Virus record (IMG/VR): IMGVR_UViG_3300038468_000223
Location: 32,001-96,000 of that record
Source: a virus
Reading direction: 5' to 3' (one strand)
DNA length: 64,000 bases
The notes beneath the pieces were generated by a model. It did no database searches. It saw nothing but the letters and a program-made list of their open reading frames with translations, and was not told the DNA's origin. The first letter of the stretch is position 1. Every line of letters starts with the position of its first letter. Position numbers and translations under genes: made by a program. This document shows, one piece after another, positions 27,674 through 37,009 of this stretch.

Positions 27674-28299
27674 ACAACGACTGGATCCAGACGGTCGACG
27701 GCAGGGCCTTCCACTTCCTCGACCCCAGGCCCGAGGACATCGACATCGAGGTCGTCGCGCACGTCCTCTCGCGCGAGGGTCGGTGGGGCAACCACCTCAA
27801 GATGTTCTACTCGGTGGCCGAGCACTGCTACCGCGTGAGCTACGTGTGCGAGCCCCAGGACGCGCTCTGGGGCCTCCTGCACGACCTGGCGGAGGCCTAC
27901 CTGCGCGACATCTCGACGCCGATCAAGCGCCACCTGCGCCACGGCGTCGACGAGGTCGTGCGGCGGCTGAAGCTCGTCATGGACCTCGATCCCGTCCTGG
28001 AGGGGATGATCCGGGGCGCCTGCAGCGACATGCTCGGCTACGACGAGATGGAGCGGCGGATCATGCGCGCGGCCTGCACGAAGTTCGGGCTGCCCGAGCA
28101 GATGCCGGAGTCGGTCGTGCGCGCCGACGCCGTGCTCCTCGTCACCGAGAAGCGCGACCTCGCCGCGCCCCCGCCGCTCCCCTGGGGACGGGCGGACGTC
28201 GAGCCGCTTCCCTACCACATCAACGATCCCTGGACGCCGAAGATGGCTCGAGAGCTGTTCCTCCGGCGCTTCGAGGAGCTGACCCGGAGGAACCCATGA
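27670..28299 (+). CDS. HD-domain 5'-deoxynucleotidase (YfbR-like)
   Basis: RW.NH..FYSVAEH, LLHDLAEAYL.DI.TP.K. Confidence 0.88.
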   Translation: MNNDWIQTVDGRAFHFLDPRPEDIDIEVVAHVLSREGRWGNHLKMFYSVAEHCYRVSYVCEPQDALWGLLHDLAEAYLRDISTPIKRHLRHGVDEVVRRLKLVMDLDPVLEGMIRGACSDMLGYDEMERRIMRAACTKFGLPEQMPESVVRADAVLLVTEKRDLAAPPPLPWGRADVEPLPYHINDPWTPKMARELFLRRFEELTRRNP

Positions 28300-28709
28300 A
28301 TGCGATCGAGAGCCTCATCGAGCCCTGCGCCCGCGCGGCGCACGAAGTCAACCGCGCCTACTGCCTGGCACTCGGTGACACGTCCCAGGCCCCCTGGGAC
28401 CACGCGCCGGCGTGGCAGAGGGAGAGCGCGCGCAGAGGCGTGCGAGGCGTCCTGCTCGACGGCAACGGGCCGGGCGCGTCGCACGCGTCGTGGCTCGCCG
28501 AGAAGACGCGGGCGGGGTGGAAGTACGCCCCGATCAAGAACGCTGCTAAGAAGGAGCACCCGTGCATGGTGCCCTTCGAGGAGCTGCCCATCGAGCAGCG
28601 GTACAAGGACGTGCTGTTCGTGGCGGTCGTCAGGCAGGTGGCCACCGCGATCCGCAAGGAGCCGATCGAGGGAGAGGCCGCCCACTACCAGAGCGAGACC
28701 GAGGGATGA
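28296..28709 (+). CDS. RyR-domain phage protein
   Basis: HASW..EK..AGWKY...K.HPCMVPFEELP..Q..KD. Confidence 0.8.
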   Translation: MNAIESLIEPCARAAHEVNRAYCLALGDTSQAPWDHAPAWQRESARRGVRGVLLDGNGPGASHASWLAEKTRAGWKYAPIKNAAKKEHPCMVPFEELPIEQRYKDVLFVAVVRQVATAIRKEPIEGEAAHYQSETEG

Positions 28710-30313
28710 ACTGGAGCACCTACCAGCTCGCCTACTTCCGCGACACGGCGCAGGGCACCGGGAACACCGTGCTCGACGCCGTCGCCGGCAGCGGCAAGTC
28801 CACCACCGTGATGGCGGCGATCCCGCACATCCCGAAGGACAAGGACGCGCTCATCACCAGCTTCTCCACCGCCTGCGTCGACGACCTGAAGAAGAAAGGG
28901 AGCGGCGGCGGGTGGGCGGGGCCGGAGATCCGTACGCTCAACAGCCTCGGCTTCCGCGCGTGCCGCGACGAGTTCGGCTCGCTCGAGGTCGACACCGATC
29001 GGATCTACAAGGTGCTCGACAAGGTGACCGGCGAGTCGTCGACGGTGCCGGACTCGCGGCGCGGCGAGTTCAACGCCATGCGCTACCGGCTCAAGCTCAC
29101 CGTCGACCTCGCCAAGAACCACCTCGCCGACAAGCCCGAGCAGATCGTCGAGCTGTGCGACCAGTACGAGATCGCCCAGGACGTCCCCGCGTGGGCCGAG
29201 GACGCGCTCGGTCAGAAGTACGAGGCCGAGGGCAACGAGCTGTTCGCGCGCATGGCGCTCGCCGCGATGAGGATCTGCAAGAAGCCGACGGGCGGCAAGA
29301 TCGACTTCACCGACCAGATCTGGATGCCCGCCGCGCTCAAGCTCGACATGCCGAAATACGATCGCATCTTCGTCGACGAGGCGCAGGACATGTGCGCCGC
29401 GCAGGTGGAGATGGTCTTCCGATCCATCACCAAGGGCGGGCGCCTCTGCGCGATCGGCGACGATCACCAGTCCATCTACGGCTTCCGAGGCGCGGGCATC
29501 GGGATGGCGCCGTTCGTCGAGCGCGGCAAGGCGACCAAGCTCCCCCTGTCGATCAGCTATCGCTGCCCGAAGGCCGTCGTGCGAGAGGCGAAGCGGCTGG
29601 TCCGCCACATCGAGGTGGCCCCCAACGCCGCCGAGGGCCTGGTCGAGACGATCAACGTCGAGACGCTCCCGGGGCGCGTGCGGCCCGGTGACGCCATCCT
29701 CTCGCGCACCAACGCGCCGCTCGTGCGCATCTTCTTCGACTACCTGCGGCGCGGCATCCCCACCGTGATCCAGGGGCGCGACCTCGGCGGGGCCCTCCTG
29801 GCGCTGCTCAACAAGAGCCAGGCTCGGTCGATCGCGGCGCTGCTCGACTACGTCGCGGAGTGGCAGAAGAAGGAGAACGCGGAGCGCCACGCGAAGTTCC
29901 CGAACTGCCGCACCGACTCGATCGACGACCGGGCGGACACGATGCGCATCATCTGCGAGATCTCCTTGAACATCGACGACGTGCGCCGCAACATCCAGCG
30001 CCTGACGCCGCCGGCGAGGGGGGGCGAACGTCGGGGGTCACAGGTGCTTACGGGTCAGGAGGTGGTGCTGTCGAGCGTGCACCGGAGCAAGGGGCGCGAG
30101 TGGACCCGGGTGTTCCTCATCGAGTCGAGCTTCGTGACCTCGGAGCACTACTGGCGCGTGCGCACGAAGGACGGTGGTGCGTCACAGAACAGCAAGCGCT
30201 GGATCCGCGACCGGGTGGCGGAGGCGATCAGGACACCCGAGGACCGCAACATCCGCTACGTCGCGATCACTCGGAGCAAGAGCGAGCTGTACTTCGCCGC
30301 TCCGCCGGTCTGA
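28706..30313 (+). CDS. UvrD/Rep-like SF1 helicase
   Basis: AVAGSGKST, VDEAQD, GDDHQSIYGFRGA, YRCP, VHRSKGREW, YVAITR. Confidence 0.94.
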   Translation: MNWSTYQLAYFRDTAQGTGNTVLDAVAGSGKSTTVMAAIPHIPKDKDALITSFSTACVDDLKKKGSGGGWAGPEIRTLNSLGFRACRDEFGSLEVDTDRIYKVLDKVTGESSTVPDSRRGEFNAMRYRLKLTVDLAKNHLADKPEQIVELCDQYEIAQDVPAWAEDALGQKYEAEGNELFARMALAAMRICKKPTGGKIDFTDQIWMPAALKLDMPKYDRIFVDEAQDMCAAQVEMVFRSITKGGRLCAIGDDHQSIYGFRGAGIGMAPFVERGKATKLPLSISYRCPKAVVREAKRLVRHIEVAPNAAEGLVETINVETLPGRVRPGDAILSRTNAPLVRIFFDYLRRGIPTVIQGRDLGGALLALLNKSQARSIAALLDYVAEWQKKENAERHAKFPNCRTDSIDDRADTMRIICEISLNIDDVRRNIQRLTPPARGGERRGSQVLTGQEVVLSSVHRSKGREWTRVFLIESSFVTSEHYWRVRTKDGGASQNSKRWIRDRVAEAIRTPEDRNIRYVAITRSKSELYFAAPPV

Positions 30314-30323
30314 TGGTTGGAGT

Positions 30324-30605
30324 GATGGAGGGTGGTGGACCTGCCGCTGCCGAAGGACCTCGCCGTCGGCAAGATCCTCCCGGCGATGGGGGGCGGCGAG
30401 ATCGGCGCCGCAGTGCACGTCGCTGTTCGGCAACGGCACCCACCAGGTCAACATGCTGGTCCGCGGGTATCGGGTCTCGTTCTTGCTCGACCCCGTCGGG
30501 TTCGTGCTCAAGGTCTGGGGCCCCGACAACTTCTTGCGGCTCGCGCAGGACCCCCGCATCTTCTGGCCCGGCGGGCCCCCGGCCCGCCGGCCCGACACCC
30601 AGTGA
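30324..30605 (+). pseudogene. Small protein split by one or two +1 frameshifts at G runs
   Basis: VDLPLPKDLAVGKILP frame continues as CTSLFGNGTHQVNML in another frame. Confidence 0.45.
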
Positions 30606-30631
30606 CCCCCAACGTTCAAGGAAAAGGACCC

Positions 30632-30904
30632 ATGGTAAAGACCCTGAAATCTCGTCACGAAGAAGTGCTTCGCGCTCTCGCCAAGGCCTCCGAGGCCGAC
30701 CCGAAGGCGTGGATCAAGCCGTCGCAGGTCGGCGGCACCAGCGGCAGCCGCCACTCCCTCACGCTCAAGCAGTTGTGGGAGCACGAACTAGTGGCGCGCG
30801 ACGGCAACGCCGGCCAGGTGCGGACGACCTACCGCTACCGCCTGCTCGCCTCGGGGCGGCGCTACCTCGCGAAGCTCCAGGCCCCCAAGAAGGCCAAGCG
30901 GTAA
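30632..30904 (+). CDS. Winged-HTH DNA-binding protein
   Basis: AAGGA RBS; TLKQLWEHELV...YRLLASGR. Confidence 0.6.
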   Translation: MVKTLKSRHEEVLRALAKASEADPKAWIKPSQVGGTSGSRHSLTLKQLWEHELVARDGNAGQVRTTYRYRLLASGRRYLAKLQAPKKAKR

Positions 30905-30918
30905 GAAGGAGGATCTCC

Positions 30919-31302
30919 ATGACCGAAGAGAAGAAGAAGAAGCAGGCCCTGAACCTGCACCGCCTCGTCCCCTTCCTCGCCAGCTACAACAACTTCATCC
31001 TCACCGAGAAGCTCGTCGAGACCGAGGAGCAGACGACCGAGGCCGGCATCATCGTGCCGGTCGACAAGGACAAGGCGGTGCACACCTTCAGCCGCGTCGT
31101 GTACGTCGGCTGGAGCTGCTCGAAGCGCCTCGACCCCGGCGACATCGTCATCGCCGAGAAGGCGTTCAAGACGCACCTCACGAGCCCGCGAGGTCACGAG
31201 CTGCAGCTCGTCAGGGAGACCGACATCTGCGGCTACGTGAAGTGTGAGTTCCTCCCCGAGGACCTCATCGTCGACGACTACCTGTTCATCGACGATGGCT
31301 GA
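30919..31302 (+). CDS. GroES-like co-chaperonin
   Basis: EEQTTEAGIIVP mobile loop, VVYVG, PGDIVI, LVRETDI.G. Confidence 0.75.
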   Translation: MTEEKKKKQALNLHRLVPFLASYNNFILTEKLVETEEQTTEAGIIVPVDKDKAVHTFSRVVYVGWSCSKRLDPGDIVIAEKAFKTHLTSPRGHELQLVRETDICGYVKCEFLPEDLIVDDYLFIDDG

Positions 31303-32038
31303 CAACTCCTGGCGCTTCAAGCAGCGGCAGATGGTGGCGGAGGCCCTCGAGCGGGGCCTCCGCCGCGTCCTGCTGCTGGACACCGAGACCACGGGGCTCG
31401 ACCCGGAGGACGGCGCGGTCTGCATCGAGGCGGCGTGCATCCGCTTCGACCTGCGGCACGCTCAGGTGCTCGACGCCTACTCGTCGCTCATTCACCATCC
31501 CGCCGGCAACCCGATCGAGGACGTCAACCACATCCCGAGCGAGATGGTCCGGCGCGCGCCCAAGGCCGAGGCGGTCTGGCGGCGCGTGGCGAAGATGATC
31601 CGGGGCTCGGACCTGATCGTCGCGCACCGGGTCGAGTTCGACTACCAGTTCGTCCCGGACGAGTTGCGGACGACGAGGCCGTGGTGCTGCTCGAAGTTCG
31701 ACATCGAGTGGCCGCACGGCAAGAACGGCGACGACCTGCTCCACCTCGCGCTCGCCAACGGCGTGGGCGTGGTCTACGCCCACCGGGCGATGAGCGACAC
31801 CGAGGTCCTGGCTCGGGTCTTCGCTCGCACGATGGAGCGCTACGACATCCTCGAGATCCTGCGCAGGGCGCTCCGGCCCAAGACGCTCGTCGTCTCGCTC
31901 GAGCCCTTCCAGCGTAAGGACCACGTCAAATCTCTCGGGTTCGCCTTCGATTCCAAGACGAAGGACTGGTACAAGTGGATGCCGATCGAGGACGTCGGCA
32001 AGCTGTCCATCAAGTACAAGGTGGTGGAATCCGGCTGA
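31295..32038 (+). CDS. DnaQ-like DEDDh exonuclease
   Basis: LDTETTGLD, VAH..FD, AHRAMSD. Confidence 0.9.
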   Translation: MADNSWRFKQRQMVAEALERGLRRVLLLDTETTGLDPEDGAVCIEAACIRFDLRHAQVLDAYSSLIHHPAGNPIEDVNHIPSEMVRRAPKAEAVWRRVAKMIRGSDLIVAHRVEFDYQFVPDELRTTRPWCCSKFDIEWPHGKNGDDLLHLALANGVGVVYAHRAMSDTEVLARVFARTMERYDILEILRRALRPKTLVVSLEPFQRKDHVKSLGFAFDSKTKDWYKWMPIEDVGKLSIKYKVVESG

Positions 32039-32084
32039 AATCGTCGACTTCCACGCGCATCGGCTCGTGTGGTACAACTGACGC

Positions 32085-33725
32085 ATGAACCGTGCGCAAG
32101 GTAGGGTCGGTTGGGCGGCAGACACGTACCCCCAGACCGGACGCGTCGGAGGATCTTCCGGCGCGCTCGCGGCGGCAAACATCGCCGCCGCGTCGGCCCT
32201 GAACTTCGTCCCCGTCGACGGGACCTGGATCTACGTCGACTCGGTGAAGGACTACTTCTACTACGACGGCGACTCGAACCTCGTCGTCGACGGGATCACG
32301 ATCATCCCCTCCTTCATGGGCGGCAACACGCGGCTCATCAGGGCTGACTACAAGGGGCATCCCTCGTGGGCGCTGCAGGCGTCGTGGGGGATCAACGGCA
32401 CGACCGGCAACGACGAGAATCCCGGCTCCCTCGCCCAGCCCCTCAAGACCTGGGGCGAGTTCGAGCGGCGCGTCAAGGGCAACACGCTCGATCAGAACAC
32501 GACGGTGCGCTTCCTCGATGATCAGGCGCCGAACGACCTGATTCAGGGCACGTTCCGGGTTCGTCCCGGCTTCGGGCTCGGCATCCAGGGCGGCGTCAAG
32601 CAGGTCGTGCGCACCGCGGCGATCACCAACCTCGCGGCCATCAACCGCGCCGCCAACCAGCCGCTCATCGTGTCGGACGCGACGATCGCGACGTGGGCGC
32701 CCTACGTCGGGATGCGGATCGCCGTCGCGGGTGGCCCGAACAACGGCGAGACCGGCTGGGTGCTCGTCGTCAACGGCGGCGACGCGACCACGTGCAACGT
32801 GTCGCGTCCGACCAACGTACCGACCAACCCGCTCACGCCGTGGCTCGGGGCGCTCGCCCTCGGCACGTTCACCAACGGCGACACCTACGAGGTGCAGCAG
32901 CTCGTCCAGGCGACGCTCGGCTCGATCATCGTCGAGGTCGACGGGACCGATCTCGCCGGCACGCCGTCTCTCGGCTTCGCGGACCTCACGGTCGTCGGCG
33001 CGAACGACTTCCTCTTCCTCCCGACGTGCCAGGGGCCGGTCGTCTTCTACGGCTGCTACTTCCTCGATTCGCCGCTGCAGCAGACGGCCCAGACCTCGGT
33101 CGTCTACATGCTCAACTGCGGCATGTCTGGCGGCGTCTTCGTCAGCGAGGGTCAGTTCTACGCGCAGGCCGGCTACGCGTTTCCCTTCGTGGCGGCTCCG
33201 TCGCCCGCGATCCTCGTCAACAACGCCTACGTCAACCTCGACGGCGACTTCACCGCGCAGGGCGGCGGGATCAGCATCGGCTCCGGCAAGGCGGAGATCG
33301 GCTTCGCCGCGGCCTTCGACGCGACCGCCGCGCCGGGCGACGCGGGCGGCGCGGGGCTCAACGTCGGCGGGGGGGCCACTCCTCTCGGCGGGTTCTGCAC
33401 GCCGGCGACGAGCTGTTCGATGCGCACGGGCCTCTTCGGTGGCAACTCCATCTGGGGCGCCGGCAACGTCGTCGGGGTGCAGATCGGCGCGGGCTGCTTC
33501 TTCGGCTACGACGCCGACACGCTGCTCGCGATCGCGGGGGCCGGGGCGAACGACGACTGGCGCCTCGGCACGGCGGCCAACACCGTGCAGGCCATCGACG
33601 CCGGGGGCGCGGCCATCGGCCCCAACGCCGAGTCGTGGGGCAACCTCGCGGCCGCCCGGCCGGGCGGCTTCGGCGGCTTCGCCTCCAACCCCACCAACCT
33701 CGCAACCATCTGCCCGAACGCGTGA
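32085..33725 (+). CDS. Fibre/spike-like putative receptor-binding protein A
   Basis: Gly/Ala/Thr-rich beta pattern; GNDENPG...PLKT; N-terminus shared with 33988..35454. Confidence 0.6.
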   Translation: MNRAQGRVGWAADTYPQTGRVGGSSGALAAANIAAASALNFVPVDGTWIYVDSVKDYFYYDGDSNLVVDGITIIPSFMGGNTRLIRADYKGHPSWALQASWGINGTTGNDENPGSLAQPLKTWGEFERRVKGNTLDQNTTVRFLDDQAPNDLIQGTFRVRPGFGLGIQGGVKQVVRTAAITNLAAINRAANQPLIVSDATIATWAPYVGMRIAVAGGPNNGETGWVLVVNGGDATTCNVSRPTNVPTNPLTPWLGALALGTFTNGDTYEVQQLVQATLGSIIVEVDGTDLAGTPSLGFADLTVVGANDFLFLPTCQGPVVFYGCYFLDSPLQQTAQTSVVYMLNCGMSGGVFVSEGQFYAQAGYAFPFVAAPSPAILVNNAYVNLDGDFTAQGGGISIGSGKAEIGFAAAFDATAAPGDAGGAGLNVGGGATPLGGFCTPATSCSMRTGLFGGNSIWGAGNVVGVQIGAGCFFGYDADTLLAIAGAGANDDWRLGTAANTVQAIDAGGAAIGPNAESWGNLAAARPGGFGGFASNPTNLATICPNA

Positions 33726-33737
33726 GGAGAATTGACT

Positions 33738-34013
33738 ATGTGGTTCAAGTCCGAAGGCGTCTTCCACTTCGTCGTCGCGCGCGGGCACGCCAGGCAGCTC
33801 CACCGGACAGCCTGCGGGCTCTCTTACAACCCGGTGGCGACGAAGCTCGATCTCGACGAGCAAGACGTCGCGTGCTCGAAGTGCTCGGCGAACGAACAGG
33901 CCGCAGAGAGCCTCAAGGCGCGCGAGGAGCGCCTGCTCGCCCTGGAGGAGGCTCGACTCGAGGGACTGCACGAGCAGGCACACGAGCATGACGCGCCACA
34001 GCCGACTGGCTGA
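33738..34013 (+). CDS. Small Zn-finger protein
   Basis: GAGGAG RBS; H..TACG..CSKC. Confidence 0.6.
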   Translation: MWFKSEGVFHFVVARGHARQLHRTACGLSYNPVATKLDLDEQDVACSKCSANEQAAESLKAREERLLALEEARLEGLHEQAHEHDAPQPTG

Positions 34014-35454
34014 TTTCGCGGCGGGTACCTACCCGCAACGAACGCCGCCCACGATCGTACCTGCAGGTACGACCGGCGCCGCATCGACCATGTCCCTGCC
34101 GCCGCTCGACGGCATGCTGATCTTCGTCGAGTCGGTGTCGGACTACTTCCGACTCGAGTTGGACAGCACCTACGTGGTCGACGGCGTCAACGTCCTCGGG
34201 TGCAGCATCCCGAACGCGCGCCTCGAGAGGCTCTACGTGCGCGACCTGCGCTGGGCCGACCAGGCGGCCTGGTACATCGATCCGGTAGGCGGTGACAACA
34301 ACAATGACGGCGCTTCGCCTGCGAGCGCCCTGCAGAGCCATCAGGAACTCGAGGCGCGCCTCGATCGGATCAACCAGAGCATCACGGTTACCTACCTCAA
34401 CGAACCGGCGGCGAGCGACTTCGTTCGCATCGACTTCACCCCCGACAGGCACAGCGACGGACCGTTCGACATCCCGACGGTGACGTACGTCGGGTTCCGT
34501 ACGCCCCTCCTGTCGTCGACGTTCACCGCGGTCGCTGCCGCGACGCCCTCGGCGGCCGTGCCCGAGGCCACGCTCGTCACCGACGCGGCGACGGCCTCTT
34601 TCGCCGCCTACGTAGGCAAGTGCATCGTCGTGACGAGTGGTGCGGCCGCCGGCGCCATCGCTTGGATCGCCAAGGCGACGGCGGCCAACAAGGCACGCGT
34701 GTCGCCGTTCTACTTCGTCGACTTCTTTTCCCCGTCCCCGCTGCCCGCGCCGGGCGACAGCTACCAGATCTGCGACGCGATGGCGCTGCCGACGGTGACG
34801 GCGACCACGCAGCAGCTCGTCAGCTTCCAGAACTGCAGGATCGCGGGCGGGAGCCTCTTCTACGGCCCGCAGCTCGTCGCATACTTCGGCTGCGACCTCG
34901 ACGACGTGGGCTTGAGTGCCGCCTTCATCGTCGGTTGTCGCGTGCACGTCACGAGCGTCGCGGTGCAGATCGCCAACACGGTCTGCACCGTCGACGGATC
35001 ACTGATTGATACGACCCGGCCCTCGTTCATGAACCAGGTCAACGAGAGCGGCTTCGTCGAGATCGTCCGTTCGATCATGCAGGGGCCGGGAACGGGGACC
35101 GCAATCCTTCTTGGGCGCCCAGATCCTGGGGGTCTGCTCTCGATGACGGACGTCGGCTTCTTCGACTTCGGCACGGTGATCTCGGCGGCGGGCGGCGCCA
35201 ACCTGAACCTCAACCCTGGCACCTTCCCGATCACCGGGCCCTCGATCTGGGGGGCGTCGATCGCTACGAGCGGCGTCGATCTGGACGGCAACACGCGACT
35301 GCAGCACGGCAACACGGGCCTGCCCGGCAACTTCCCGAACTTCGACGGCCCGGGGCCCGCGACGCTTCGCATCGGCGGCGTCAACACGGCGTGGGGCGCG
35401 CTGCCGCTTCAGGACCCTACTACCGGCGTGAGCGCCGTCACCTTCGCCCCATGA
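33988..35454 (+). CDS. Fibre/spike-like putative receptor-binding protein B
   Basis: Paralog of A: YPQ, DG..I.V.SV.DYF, VVDG, W..QA.W.I. Confidence 0.6.
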   Translation: MTRHSRLADFAAGTYPQRTPPTIVPAGTTGAASTMSLPPLDGMLIFVESVSDYFRLELDSTYVVDGVNVLGCSIPNARLERLYVRDLRWADQAAWYIDPVGGDNNNDGASPASALQSHQELEARLDRINQSITVTYLNEPAASDFVRIDFTPDRHSDGPFDIPTVTYVGFRTPLLSSTFTAVAAATPSAAVPEATLVTDAATASFAAYVGKCIVVTSGAAAGAIAWIAKATAANKARVSPFYFVDFFSPSPLPAPGDSYQICDAMALPTVTATTQQLVSFQNCRIAGGSLFYGPQLVAYFGCDLDDVGLSAAFIVGCRVHVTSVAVQIANTVCTVDGSLIDTTRPSFMNQVNESGFVEIVRSIMQGPGTGTAILLGRPDPGGLLSMTDVGFFDFGTVISAAGGANLNLNPGTFPITGPSIWGASIATSGVDLDGNTRLQHGNTGLPGNFPNFDGPGPATLRIGGVNTAWGALPLQDPTTGVSAVTFAP

Positions 35455-35612
35455 GCAAGCTCGATCTCTTCAAGAAGCGGACCTCGCCGGCGGCGCCTCC
35501 TACGGGCGAGCTGCTGCGACAACTCGTCGCCCGATGGTCCGACGAGCAGATCATCGCGAACTGGCCGCTGGTCGACCGCGAGGAGCTTCGACGTCTTCGG
35601 GGAGCTTGCTAG
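35451..35612 (+). CDS. Small hypothetical protein
   Basis: ATGA coupling. Confidence 0.45.
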   Translation: MSKLDLFKKRTSPAAPPTGELLRQLVARWSDEQIIANWPLVDREELRRLRGAC

Positions 35613-35636
35613 GGCCTCCGAGGACGTGCTAGACAT

Positions 35637-35939
35637 GTGTCTAACATGTCCGACGAGCAGGTCCCCGCCGCACAGTCCACCTCCCAGCAGGAAGCCGTCG
35701 ACAAGCTCGCGATGGCGTGCACCGAGGGCCTCGTCCGCGGCGGCTTCAAGCCGCACGGCGTCTTCCTCGTCGTCCAGTTCGAGATGGAGGCCTGCGGCGC
35801 CATCAACGCCCCCTCGCAGCTCTCGACGACGGCGCTGATGCGCCTCGCGGACAAGCTCGTACGCGGGGCGACGCAGATCGCGGCGAAGTGGAAGCTCGCG
35901 GTCAACACGAAGCGCAAGCCGCCGGCCAATGCGCACTGA
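35637..35939 (+). CDS. Hypothetical protein
   Basis: RBS GAGGA; codon pattern. Confidence 0.6.
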   Translation: MSNMSDEQVPAAQSTSQQEAVDKLAMACTEGLVRGGFKPHGVFLVVQFEMEACGAINAPSQLSTTALMRLADKLVRGATQIAAKWKLAVNTKRKPPANAH

Positions 35940-36216
35940 AACCGACCTGGAGCTGCTCGACAAGCTCCTGGACAACTACGAGATGCTGCTTACAGAGAGG
36001 CAGCGGGACGCTTTCACCGAGATGCGGGAGAAGCTGCTCGAGGGGGTGCGCAAGCGCCTGTCGGAGAAGCAGCGCCGGTGGGCGGAGAAGATCCTCCAGG
36101 AGTGGGAGCCGAGGCCGGTCGCATCGTCCGAGTTCGTGCCGCGCGGCCGTGAGGTAGAGACGCCGGCGGCGCTTCGACGGGAGAACCTGCCCATGCGACC
36201 GCCGGGGAGACGATGA
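35929..36216 (+). CDS. Hypothetical protein
   Basis: Operon packing; LSEKQRRW. Confidence 0.6.
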   Translation: MRTETDLELLDKLLDNYEMLLTERQRDAFTEMREKLLEGVRKRLSEKQRRWAEKILQEWEPRPVASSEFVPRGREVETPAALRRENLPMRPPGRR

Positions 36217-36479
36217 TGCCGCCGCATGAAGGAACGACGAGGCTCCCACTGGAGCTGGAGGTGGACGGGGCGCTCGCGGAGGCGATGCGGGGGGTCGAGC
36301 GCCGGCCGCGGGCCGCGATCCTGGTCATGGTCTGGGAGGACGAGACCGAGGTGGGGCTGCACCTCCCCTACCAGCCCGAGCAGGCGGAGGAGGCGACCCG
36401 CGCCCTCGTGGCGCTGCGCCGCGGCGCTCGGGAGGCGTTCGACGCGCTGCTGAAGCCCGCCAAGAGGCAGGACGCGTGA
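36213..36479 (+). CDS. Hypothetical protein
   Basis: ATGA coupling. Confidence 0.55.
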   Translation: MMPPHEGTTRLPLELEVDGALAEAMRGVERRPRAAILVMVWEDETEVGLHLPYQPEQAEEATRALVALRRGAREAFDALLKPAKRQDA

Positions 36480-36673
36480 TCGGGCGCCTGCTCTCTTGGG
36501 TCGCCTCCGGCGTGGCTCGCGTCGCGAGCCTTCCGGTCTGCGCGGCGTGCGTCCGGGAGAGCGACGAGATCATCGACGAGGACAAGTTCGGCGACTACGC
36601 TGCCTGCGGTCGTTGCGGGAAACCGAAGACCTCCAAGGACGCAGTGTATTACGTCATGGAGACCAAGACATAA
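36476..36673 (+). CDS. Small Zn-finger protein
   Basis: CAAC...CGRC. Confidence 0.55.
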   Translation: MIGRLLSWVASGVARVASLPVCAACVRESDEIIDEDKFGDYAACGRCGKPKTSKDAVYYVMETKT

Positions 36674-36687
36674 AAGGGGAAGACGTC

Positions 36688-37002
36688 ATGAGCGAGTACG
36701 AGATCCAGCAGCTCCAGACGGCGAACACCAGGCTCCGCCTGCAGCTCTCCCACAAGGAGAAGGAGGTCGCCGAGCTGAAGGCGACGATCGAGACGATCAC
36801 GAACGCGCGGTCCGAGCAGATCGAGATGCTCAACGAGATCTTGAACGGCAAGAGCGACGCGCTGAAGGCGGCGACCGAGGCGCTCGAGGCCGGGAACATC
36901 AAGTGGACGAGGGCCGCCAACATCCTCCGCAAGCTCGCGGAGACCGAGCTGCCCGACCCGGCCGGCGAGCTGGTCCAGCGGGCCCTCGACAGCATCACCT
37001 GA
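36688..37002 (+). CDS. Coiled-coil protein
   Basis: RBS AAGGGG; heptads. Confidence 0.65.
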   Translation: MSEYEIQQLQTANTRLRLQLSHKEKEVAELKATIETITNARSEQIEMLNEILNGKSDALKAATEALEAGNIKWTRAANILRKLAETELPDPAGELVQRALDSIT

Positions 37003-37009
37003 TCCCCTC

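Noticed and set aside
22338-28299. Z-base (2-aminoadenine) or other modified-base pathway
   Set aside because: MazG and HD genes are present but no PurZ or other base-modifying enzyme is recognisable; ThyX and UDG suggest ordinary T-DNA
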